This document shows positions 1 through 6,614 of a stretch of 39,393 nucleotides of DNA, one piece after another. Under the pieces are notes generated by a model. That model was not told where the DNA came from. It made no database searches and saw nothing but the letters and a program-made list of their open reading frames with translations. The stretch's first letter is position 1, and each line of letters begins with the position of its first letter. Source of the stretch: a virus. A program made the position numbers and the translations under genes. The DNA lies in the IMG/VR virus record IMGVR_UViG_3300045988_068338; one strand, 5' to 3'.

Positions 1-99
1 GTATATAATAACACGTATTTTACGTAATGTCAATAAAAATATACGTAAAATACGTAAAAATAACAGAGATTTTCATACTACTAAATTGAACCTACCGAC
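1..99. repeat. Direct terminal repeat, copy 1 (identical to 39295..39393)
   Basis: Read by eye: 99/99 identity between the first and last 99 nt of the window. Confidence 0.97.
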
Positions 100-122
100 C
101 GGAGGGGTTCAGTTAGTAGTAT
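75..122. promoter_or_regulatory. 48-bp imperfect inverted repeat between the int stop and the hicA promoter; candidate attP core or int transcript hairpin
   Basis: Arms ATACTACTAAATTGAACC (75-92) and GGTTCAGTTAGTAGTAT (106-122) flank a 13-nt centre. There is one bulge and one mismatch. No U-tract follows on either strand. Confidence 0.4.
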
Positions 123-127
123 AACAA

Positions 128-1537
128 TCATAAAAAAATAATATGAATGTTTTTGTCATGGTCAACACGGATTTCCTTGACAATGGAACGCCACAATTCA
201 CGCCTCTCCGGTATAGACAAAGAATCATACACACTTTCAAAATCCATTTTCAAAAAGTTTTTCAAATACGATAAATCCTTGACGGGTCGGGAATCCTCTG
301 CATTTATTTTCTCAAGCTGCATCAGCAATTTTTCTCTATCAAGTTTGAACTCGTCCATTGTTATGAGGTCGTTCAAATATAGGTCTTTCAATTTCTGCAT
401 TTTTCCCTCAACACTCCGGCGTTTGGCATCGGTACGCAATGCCGGAAGATTTGCGACCTCGTATTCTGCAATATAGTTTTCCAGTTCCGGACGGATGCGT
501 TCGAGGAGCATCTTTTCAAGGGTTGTCTCAAAGACGAGTTTTCGGTTCGGGCAGCGATGCAGGTTCACACCCTGTCGGCAGCGGTACACACTGTATTTAT
601 ATATAATTCGTGTTCCATCGGCACGGACACGACCTCTTGCACGTTGCTGACACCCGCTCATGATATGGTCACAGTCATCACAGACAACGAGACCACTGAA
701 AATATAATCGTGCTTTTTTCCGCTCTTGATGTTGATTTTGAGAAGCCTCTGCACATCAAAGAAAAGGTCACGGTCAATGATAGCAGGACAATAATTTTTA
801 TTGTCACGAAACTCACCGATGTATTTCGTATTTGTGAGCATATTTTTGAGACTGGCAGCAGAGCGGACAAGTCCGAACTCGCTCTCCATGTACCGGAGTG
901 TCATGCTCAAGTTTCCGGTCTTGCGGTAGTATTGGAAGATAGCAACGGCAGTCGGAGCATCGTCATCCGGTACAAGGTGTTTATTTACAATCGTATATCC
1001 GAGAGGAGTTGAGCCGGAAAGAACCTCTCCGTTGTCAACCTTGTCATCGAACACGCCGAGGATTCGGTCGGAATCATTTTGAGCCTCAAGTTCTGCCCAT
1101 ATCATTGAATTATTAACGAAAGCACGACCGTGAGGGGTTGAGGTGTCAAAATAAGGCTGCTCAATGGCAGTCCATGAAACACCGTGCTTGTCAAGAATGT
1201 CCTGCGTATTCAGATAATGACGGAGGTTTCTGAACCAACGGTCAAGACGGGTGAAAATAATGAGGTCAATTCTACCTGCACGGACATCATCAATGAGGCG
1301 TTGAAAGTCGTCTCGTTTCAATTTCTGTCCGGAGATTCCGTCATCAATGTATGTGTCAACGAGAATCATATTCTCATGACTGTCTATGTATTTTTGCCCT
1401 GTTGCTAATTGGTCACGCATGGAATCTCCGTCCTTGACCTGTTTGTCGGTCGAAACACGGATATAGATTGCCACACGGAGCAGGATTTTCTCAACAGGAG
1501 CGGTTGTTTTACGTCGCATTTTATCAACTCCATTCAA
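128..1537 (-). CDS. int: Large serine recombinase (phage integrase)
   Basis: 469 aa. N-terminal resolvase-type catalytic domain with Ser in YIRVSTDKQ, a recombinase domain, a Cys-rich zinc-ribbon region (CDDCDH...CRQG...C) and a C-terminal coiled coil. Confidence 0.95.
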   Translation of the reverse strand: MNGVDKMRRKTTAPVEKILLRVAIYIRVSTDKQVKDGDSMRDQLATGQKYIDSHENMILVDTYIDDGISGQKLKRDDFQRLIDDVRAGRIDLIIFTRLDRWFRNLRHYLNTQDILDKHGVSWTAIEQPYFDTSTPHGRAFVNNSMIWAELEAQNDSDRILGVFDDKVDNGEVLSGSTPLGYTIVNKHLVPDDDAPTAVAIFQYYRKTGNLSMTLRYMESEFGLVRSAASLKNMLTNTKYIGEFRDNKNYCPAIIDRDLFFDVQRLLKINIKSGKKHDYIFSGLVVCDDCDHIMSGCQQRARGRVRADGTRIIYKYSVYRCRQGVNLHRCPNRKLVFETTLEKMLLERIRPELENYIAEYEVANLPALRTDAKRRSVEGKMQKLKDLYLNDLITMDEFKLDREKLLMQLEKINAEDSRPVKDLSYLKNFLKMDFESVYDSLSIPERRELWRSIVKEIRVDHDKNIHIIFL

Positions 1538-1564
1538 AAAAAGGTATAAAAATAAAACCTATGC

Positions 1565-1624
1565 ACAAGCACGGTTTTATGATAAAATGAGACTTGCGGG
1601 TGACATTTTATCAATCGTGCTTGT
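1565..1624. promoter_or_regulatory. Composite inverted repeat immediately upstream of int
   Basis: Outer arms ACAAGCACG (1565-1573) and CGTGCTTGT (1616-1624). Inner arms GATAAAATG (1581-1589) and CATTTTATC (1604-1612). 14-nt centre. Confidence 0.4.
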
Positions 1625-1693
1625 ACGATAGATATGTGTTGTCAAAGAGCGGTTTCCATTGGCGTGGAGGCTGCTCTTTTTTTATTTACATTT

Positions 1694-2149
1694 CTATTCG
1701 TTCAAATGACGTTCCTTGACGATTTTTCTATATTTGCGACCGATAATGACGCAAATCACACCAACGGCAACAGCCACGATTCCACCGACAGGAACAGCAA
1801 GCAGCAGAAACAATCCTAAAAGTGCAAGGATAACACCGAGAACAATCATGAGTGTTCCACAAACATTATACATGCGGTCGGAGTATTCCTTTTTCTGCGG
1901 AACGGTATGAGGAACATTTGCAGCAGATTTTTGGGTTGTCGATGCTGCCTCTTTTACAAGGTCAGATACACTGACGGTCGTTCTACTATAAACTGCGTTG
2001 TATGCTGCCTTTTTCGGGTCGTTGACGATTCCCATTCCTTTTTTACCATAAAGGGGATTGACCGCCTTTTTGACCTGCCGTTTGACTTTTCCGGTCGTTC
2101 GTGCCTTGATGCTTTTCTTGACATTTGGTTTCCGGACACCGTATTTCAT
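1694..2149 (-). CDS. Hypothetical membrane protein (lysogeny-module moron)
   Basis: The ORF track gives 1694..2248. I moved the start to ATG 2149 (MKYGVRK), which follows GGAGGTG. Lys-rich N-terminus and two C-terminal hydrophobic helices (LMIVLGVILALLGLFLLLAV, GGIVAVAVGVICVIIG). Confidence 0.6.
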   Translation of the reverse strand: MKYGVRKPNVKKSIKARTTGKVKRQVKKAVNPLYGKKGMGIVNDPKKAAYNAVYSRTTVSVSDLVKEAASTTQKSAANVPHTVPQKKEYSDRMYNVCGTLMIVLGVILALLGLFLLLAVPVGGIVAVAVGVICVIIGRKYRKIVKERHLNE

Positions 2150-2214
2150 GAACACACCTCCATTTCTATAACTTTTCGTTCTGTACACTTTCCTTGAGAA
2201 AGGAGGTGAGCAGG

Positions 2215-2412
2215 ATGAAAATTCTCGTTTGGGAAATGAGAACCTCAAAAGGGTTCACATTGATGGAGTTATCGAAGAAATCCGGAATCGGAAAATCTAC
2301 GATAAACAACATCGAAAACGGTAAGGTGTCGCCGACATTATTTCAGCTTGAAATGATAGCGATTGCATTAGGCGTGAAAATCACCGACCTGTTTGAATCC
2401 GAATACAAATAA
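2215..2412 (+). CDS. XRE-family helix-turn-helix regulator (65 aa)
   Basis: Start moved to ATG 2215 (MKILVWE), which follows AGGAGGTGAG. HTH_XRE signature LMELSKKSGIGKSTINNIENGK. Confidence 0.85.
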   Translation: MKILVWEMRTSKGFTLMELSKKSGIGKSTINNIENGKVSPTLFQLEMIAIALGVKITDLFESEYK

Positions 2413-2453
2413 TTGTATCACATTGCAGCGGGATTCCGGCAGCAGGAGGAACG

Positions 2454-2503
2454 ATTTCCACGATTATGGAAATCAACCTCGATATTTCCACAATGATGGA
2501 AAT
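2454..2503. promoter_or_regulatory. Two 20-bp palindromes ATTTCCA-N6-TGGAAAT (2454-2473 and 2484-2503)
   Basis: Both half-sites are perfect in both copies. Centres are 30 bp apart. The sites lie in the gap between the two XRE genes. Confidence 0.6.
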
Positions 2504-2539
2504 ATATGATACACTGTAATCGGAAAGGGGGTGTTCCCC

Positions 2540-2653
2540 TTGAATTACAAAGAGGCTATTGTTGAAATAGTCGGGAAGATACAAAACGAACGCATCCTCA
2601 AGAGGATATATAAATTCGTGGCGTATCTGTACACCCATGAGGCTGACAGTTGA
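2540..2653 (+). CDS. Possible 37-aa small protein (speculative)
   Basis: TTG start after AAAGGGGG. Product MNYKEAIVEIVGKIQNERILKRIYKFVAYLYTHEADS. The start sits inside an AAGGGG/CCCCTT hairpin (2525-2541). The stop lies in the loop of the downstream terminator. Confidence 0.25.
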   Translation: MNYKEAIVEIVGKIQNERILKRIYKFVAYLYTHEADS

Positions 2654-2665
2654 AAAGACTGTCAG
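2643..2665. terminator. Hairpin terminator between convergent genes
   Basis: CTGACAGT (2643-2650) pairs with ACTGTCAG (2658-2665) across a 7-nt loop, followed by TCTTTTTCTTT. The stop codon of the repressor gene lies in the right arm. Confidence 0.6.
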
Positions 2666-3042
2666 TCTTTTTCTTTATCTTGCGTGAATTTTATCGCCTT
2701 TTTCATTAGGCGGTCGAGTGCTGCGATGTCATCATCGCTCAACTCAAGCATGAATTTGAAAAGGCTTTTTCGTGCCTCATCCTCACCCGCCATGATGCGG
2801 TCAATGCGTTCGATGAAATCATCGTCCGTGTCAATGAACATCTCACCGTCTCCGGTGGTTAACCACATATAATCAACATTATACTCACGACAAATCGCCT
2901 TGACGACCTGTTCAGTCACGGAGTTTTTTCCATTCTCAAGCTGACTGACAGAGTTCTTTTTCATTCCTATTTTCTCACCGAATTTCTCAAGAGTGAGACC
3001 GAGAGCTTTTCGGACTTCTCTGATTCGTTCGCCTTGCGTCAT
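2662..3042 (-). CDS. CI-like phage repressor (XRE HTH plus C-terminal helical domain)
   Basis: 126 aa. HTH_XRE segment LTLEKFGEKIGMKKNSVSQLENGKN. RBS GAGGAGGTG. Transcribed divergently from the early operon across an operator-rich region. Confidence 0.9.
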   Translation of the reverse strand: MTQGERIREVRKALGLTLEKFGEKIGMKKNSVSQLENGKNSVTEQVVKAICREYNVDYMWLTTGDGEMFIDTDDDFIERIDRIMAGEDEARKSLFKFMLELSDDDIAALDRLMKKAIKFTQDKEKD

Positions 3043-3068
3043 ACTGAATCACCTCCTCTGTTTTCTAA

Positions 3069-3097
3069 AGCATAACACCCAACGAGACAAAAATCAA
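3069..3097 (-). promoter_or_regulatory. Leftward sigma-70-type promoter for the repressor gene
   Basis: On the minus strand: TTGATT (3092-3097), 17 nt, TATGCT (3069-3074), about 27 nt upstream of the repressor ATG. Confidence 0.6.
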
Positions 3098-3104
3098 TAA
3101 AAAA

Positions 3105-3172
3105 GTTCTTTGAAAGAACAAAAAAGTGTTGACAATGTTCTTTAAGGGAATTATACTGTTCTTACAAAGAAC
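3105..3172. promoter_or_regulatory. Operator set GTTCTT-N3-AAGAAC
   Basis: Full sites GTTCTTTGAAAGAAC (3105-3119) and GTTCTTACAAAGAAC (3158-3172). A half-site GTTCTTTAAGGGAAT (3137-3151) lies inside the rightward promoter spacer. Confidence 0.65.
3129..3157 (+). promoter_or_regulatory. Rightward early promoter
   Basis: TTGACA (3129-3134), 17 nt, TATACT (3152-3157), about 35 nt upstream of the first early gene. Confidence 0.7.
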
Positions 3173-3191
3173 AACAGGGAGGTGAAAAGAA

Positions 3192-3401
3192 ATGCCAAAA
3201 CATGAAATTTCAAACGTAAGAACACGGGGAACTGGGGCGATTGAAAAACTCATTTTCTACAAAACGGAGGTTTCCGAACACCAAGAGATTAGAGTGAGAG
3301 CGGAATTCGAGGGAGACCCCGAACCGGAGCAAATCAAGCAGATTTCAGAGGTTGTCAAAAAGGCAGCGGAAGAAATAGGAAAGATTGTGGAGGAGTGGTG
3401 A
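3192..3401 (+). CDS. Hypothetical early protein (69 aa, Cro position, no HTH seen)
   Basis: RBS GGGAGGTG. First ORF downstream of the rightward promoter. Acidic product. Confidence 0.6.
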   Translation: MPKHEISNVRTRGTGAIEKLIFYKTEVSEHQEIRVRAEFEGDPEPEQIKQISEVVKKAAEEIGKIVEEW

Positions 3402-3419
3402 AACACTCCTCCGAGAAAA

Positions 3420-3599
3420 TCATTTCAAAGTGCGAATGTGTTGTGCAAAATCTTGTGTTTCAACACATGCCTTGATAGCTGATGCGAGAAGACGTTCAAA
3501 TTCTTCTTTTGATAAATCAGAAACTTTTGAAAATTTGATGTCGCTATTTTCAAACGCACTTGCAATCGCACTTTTGAAAGTGTCATGATGAACCGCCAT
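3420..3599 (-). CDS. Hypothetical protein (59 aa)
   Basis: Start moved to ATG 3599 (MAVHHDTF), which follows AGGAGGTGACAAC. It is a lone minus-strand ORF in the early region. Confidence 0.5.
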   Translation of the reverse strand: MAVHHDTFKSAIASAFENSDIKFSKVSDLSKEEFERLLASAIKACVETQDFAQHIRTLK

Positions 3600-3687
3600 G
3601 TTGTCACCTCCTGTCATTTGAGAATGGTTGCACATTTATTATATGGCAGGAGATGCAGCAGGGCAAGGAAGAACAGGAGGAACAGAA

Positions 3688-3822
3688 ATGAGCAATGCAG
3701 AGACATTGAACCAGTACATAAAAGAATTATTTGATTATTGGGATGGGAAAAACGATGATTTTGAACCTATTCCGATACCGAAAGAAGTCGACGACGAAAT
3801 GCAGAGAGATTCATTTTATTAA
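3688..3822 (+). CDS. Hypothetical protein (44 aa)
   Basis: Start moved to ATG 3688 (MSNAETL), which follows AGGAGGAACAGAA. Confidence 0.5.
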   Translation: MSNAETLNQYIKELFDYWDGKNDDFEPIPIPKEVDDEMQRDSFY

Positions 3823-3829
3823 AGCCGAA

Positions 3830-3850
3830 ACGGGGCAACAATCGCCCCGT
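3830..3850 (+). other. Stem-loop after the 3688 ORF
   Basis: ACGGGGC (3830-3836) pairs with GCCCCGT (3844-3850) across a 7-nt loop. No U-tract follows. Confidence 0.4.
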
Positions 3851-4106
3851 CAGCGTCCGGATGGCGACCGACGCTCTGACGATGGCAAGCCGAGAGACAG
3901 CGTCAGCGATACCGTGGGAAACATGGCAGCGGGTGGACTTGCTAAAAGGTTCACGGTTGGTCAACAGGTTTTCAATGATTTTTTAAGGTGAAAAGTCATA
4001 ACACGGTAGACATAGCCGGAAAGCAGGTGGACGGGATGCAGAGACCGAGAGAACCACCAGTGCAGGAAATCACATAGAACACTATCAACAGAGGAGGTGT
4101 TGAATC

Positions 4107-4292
4107 ATGACGAGAAACGAGAAAAAGACAGCAATCGAGGACATGGCAGAAAGATTCATGAGTATTTCTGACCTTGAGGGAAAATCAATGGCAATTATGG
4201 TCATGTCTGCATACGCAGAGGGCAAGGCAGCAGGAAAAGTCGAGGAGCGTCGCAGATGGGAGCAGAAAGAGGCAGTTGCAACGACCGCCTAA
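4107..4292 (+). CDS. Hypothetical protein (61 aa)
   Basis: RBS GAGGAGGTG 7 nt upstream of the ATG. Confidence 0.6.
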   Translation: MTRNEKKTAIEDMAERFMSISDLEGKSMAIMVMSAYAEGKAAGKVEERRRWEQKEAVATTA

Positions 4293-4346
4293 CCGGACAC
4301 GAAAACAACAGGTGAGAGCCTTTTTGATAGATTGGAGGTGCAGCAG

Positions 4347-4457
4347 GTGAGTGAACAGAACATCAAGAAATTTTATGAGACATTAGCGAGAATCATTTCT
4401 GAACGTGAGCAGGTGAAAATCACCGTGAGCGTCTCAAAGAAAGAAAAAGCAGCATAA
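4347..4457 (+). CDS. Possible 36-aa protein
   Basis: GTG start after GGAGGTGCAGCAG. It falls below the ORF-track length cutoff. Product VSEQNIKKFYETLARIISEREQVKITVSVSKKEKAA. Confidence 0.35.
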   Translation: MSEQNIKKFYETLARIISEREQVKITVSVSKKEKAA

Positions 4458-4466
4458 AGACAAAAA

Positions 4467-4495
4467 ACGGATGACCGCTGCGAACGGTCATCCGT
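4467..4495. terminator. 11-bp-stem hairpin with the A-tract on its 5' side (U-tract only on the minus-strand transcript)
   Basis: ACGGATGACCG (4467-4477) pairs with CGGTCATCCGT (4485-4495). It is preceded by AAAAAA (4462-4467) and followed by GTGTCAATC. Confidence 0.5.
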
Positions 4496-4512
4496 GTGTC
4501 AATCGGTGTCGA

Positions 4513-4540
4513 TTGATATGTTTCAAACTAAGAATATTAT
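4513..4540 (+). promoter_or_regulatory. Candidate promoter of the replication operon
   Basis: TTGATA (4513-4518), 16 nt, TATTAT (4535-4540). The -35 element overlaps the TCAATCG/CGATTGA hairpin (4499-4516). Confidence 0.5.
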
Positions 4541-4673
4541 ATCAAATCTGACACGAAAAAGCAACTCAAAAACGACCGGAAAGGTCGGGAAAACAAAGGG
4601 TTTTCGGAGGTTTTGTCGTCCTTGTAATAGATACTAACAAGTCTACGAAAACATAACAGGAGGATTGTGTCAG

Positions 4674-5630
4674 ATGGCAAGAAAAAGAGGGATGCAGTTT
4701 ATCCCGTATGATTATGAGGCAGCATATAACAAAGCGATGGAGGACATGCACGAATGGTTCATTGAGAACCTGTTCCAACATCGAAAGAAAGTGATATATG
4801 CACTCAAAGAGATAACAGCAGGAGACCAGTTTGAAATTGAGATATATCCGCAGTTCCGGAGTATGGATGAAGTACCTCCGGAGGGGAGGACAATCAAGAA
4901 AGACAACAACAAGGCTCAAAAGAATCTGAATGACAAGAACGCAAGGAAATACGTTGAGAGGTTAATCAACGAGAATTTCAGTGACCGTGATATTTGGATG
5001 ACATTGACCTATGATGACGCACACCTCCCACCGGACGGGGATGTTGATGCAGCAATCAAGAATGTGCAAAAGTACATCCGACGCATCAACTATCAGAGGA
5101 AAAAGAGAGGTCTCCCGAACGCAAAATATGTCTATGTGACCGCATACAACCCGGATGCGGAAATCAGATGGCATCATCACATTGTCATGGATGGTGCGTT
5201 AGACATGGAGACAGTTGAATCCTGTTGGAAACAGTCAAGCAGGAATGAGGTTCGCAGGTTACAGACAGATGAAAACGGTCTGTCCGGTATGGCGAACTAT
5301 ATCGTCGAAGAAAAGAACCGTGTTCCGTCGGAAAAGAGATGGAACAGTTCGCAGGGATTGAGAGACCCACGAATCAAGGTCGTACACTCCAAACGTCCGG
5401 CAGCAGGAGGCAGCTATAAAAAAATAGGGTCATTTGTTGACGGTATGGTCAAAGATAGGGATTCAATACCGGAGATATTAAAAAAGTGGTATCCGGACAT
5501 GGATTTCACGAACGCAAATGTGTACTATAACGATTTTAACTGCATGTTTTACATACATGCACGAATGAGGAAAAGGAGGCTACAAAGTGAAAAGACGGAA
5601 AAGACGGGCAAGACATGCAGGACGACGTGA
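4674..5630 (+). CDS. HUH-type rolling-circle replication initiator-like protein
   Basis: Start moved to ATG 4674 (MARKRG), which follows AGGAGG. Three ordered RCR motifs: WMTLTYDD (motif 1), RWHHHIVMDG (HUH) and GMANYIVEEK (Tyr motif). Confidence 0.65.
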   Translation: MARKRGMQFIPYDYEAAYNKAMEDMHEWFIENLFQHRKKVIYALKEITAGDQFEIEIYPQFRSMDEVPPEGRTIKKDNNKAQKNLNDKNARKYVERLINENFSDRDIWMTLTYDDAHLPPDGDVDAAIKNVQKYIRRINYQRKKRGLPNAKYVYVTAYNPDAEIRWHHHIVMDGALDMETVESCWKQSSRNEVRRLQTDENGLSGMANYIVEEKNRVPSEKRWNSSQGLRDPRIKVVHSKRPAAGGSYKKIGSFVDGMVKDRDSIPEILKKWYPDMDFTNANVYYNDFNCMFYIHARMRKRRLQSEKTEKTGKTCRTT

Positions 5631-6309
5631 TGCGTTCCATTTGACAATGATTGCGGTATTGATGACGGTGTTGTGCTTGATGATAGTGAATATCAAAGAG
5701 CCGGAGCAGACCGAGGAGGAGCAGCCGGAGACGACACATGCGGAAGTGGTACAGAATCCGGAAACAATCGTGCAGACAGCAGAGGAGACCGAAAACAAAT
5801 ACAAGGTTTTCGATGGTATGTCCGAGGACTGGGGGAGCGATGACCTTGAGGGATTCGTGCTTTATAAGTTACCGGAACAGTATGCGGATAAAGGCTATTT
5901 TCCGGAGAAAATGCAGATATACACAAGATGTCTATGCAAGCAAAATGACGTTCCCTATGCCCTTGTACTGGCAATCATCGAGCGTGAATCTGGATATGAA
6001 TTTGACAAGGTCGGAGACGGCGGGCAGTCAAAGGGATATATGCAGATATATGAGAAATGGCACACTGACCGGATGAAACGGTTGAACTGCACCGACCTCA
6101 TGAACCCATATCAAAATGTGAGGGTCGGGATTGATTTCCTGTCGTACCTGCTCAAGAAATACGGCACGGTGCAGGATGCACTTGCAGCGTACAACTACGG
6201 TGAAAAGGGTGCGAGGGAACATTTGTGGAGCAATGGCGTGTATGTCTATTCATACAACAGTGCAATCATGCAGAGAATGAAAGAGATTGAGGAGGTGGTC
6301 GGGAAATGA
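5587..6309 (+). CDS. Membrane-anchored lytic transglycosylase (SLT domain)
   Basis: GTG start after AAGGAGG. Basic N-terminus plus TM segment (FHLTMIAVLMTVLCLMIV), then AIIERESGY (catalytic Glu), GYMQI and AAYNYG. Confidence 0.85.
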   Translation: MKRRKRRARHAGRRDAFHLTMIAVLMTVLCLMIVNIKEPEQTEEEQPETTHAEVVQNPETIVQTAEETENKYKVFDGMSEDWGSDDLEGFVLYKLPEQYADKGYFPEKMQIYTRCLCKQNDVPYALVLAIIERESGYEFDKVGDGGQSKGYMQIYEKWHTDRMKRLNCTDLMNPYQNVRVGIDFLSYLLKKYGTVQDALAAYNYGEKGAREHLWSNGVYVYSYNSAIMQRMKEIEEVVGK

Positions 6310-6614
6310 GTTTTGACTGGCGACCGGAATCAAAAGACAGGTATTTCAGAAAAGCCGAGGCAGCAGTCAAGGCAGCGGGATTCGATGACATCCTGCAAAT
6401 CAGCAAAGAACAGTTTGCAATCACGAAAAGCACGGTCAAGGTGTATTTCAAGCCGATTCCGAGAGAGGGAAAGACCCGCCGATGGTGGGAGGCAAAGAAA
6501 AGCATTACAGGGATGCAGGAACAGTCCGGAGGGCGTGACGAGTTCGGCAGGAAAAAGAAAACCATTTTTATTCATGCCTATATGATTTTAGAAATGGAGG
6601 AGCAGGACAGGTGA
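6306..6614 (+). CDS. Hypothetical protein (102 aa)
   Basis: ATGA start/stop overlap with the SLT gene. Lys/Arg-rich product. Confidence 0.6.
   Translation: MSFDWRPESKDRYFRKAEAAVKAAGFDDILQISKEQFAITKSTVKVYFKPIPREGKTRRWWEAKKSITGMQEQSGGRDEFGRKKKTIFIHAYMILEMEEQDR

Noticed and set aside
99-100. The terminal repeat ends almost exactly at the centre of the 48-bp palindrome (75-122), which could hint that the window was cut at an att crossover point
   Set aside because: A 99-nt identical overlap is more simply a k-mer assembly closure. A prophage excised at att sites would share only a short core, and the repeat start (position 1) has no matching feature. I kept this as a coincidence and not as evidence.
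2381-2638. 85-aa minus-strand ORF between the two XRE genes
   Set aside because: Its repeated ISIIVEI peptide is just the translation of the twin ATTTCCA-N6-TGGAAAT palindromes. It has no RBS and overlaps the end of the 2215..2412 gene.
3600-3687. Possible divergent promoter between 3420..3599 (minus) and 3688..3822 (plus), e.g. TTGAGA-16-TATATG
   Set aside because: The -10 lacks the conserved final T, and alternative spacings are worse. It is not good enough to annotate without transcript data.
3850-3960. Possible tRNA in the GC-rich non-coding stretch
   Set aside because: I could not build a cloverleaf. There is no GTTCRANYC T-loop and no matching acceptor stem.
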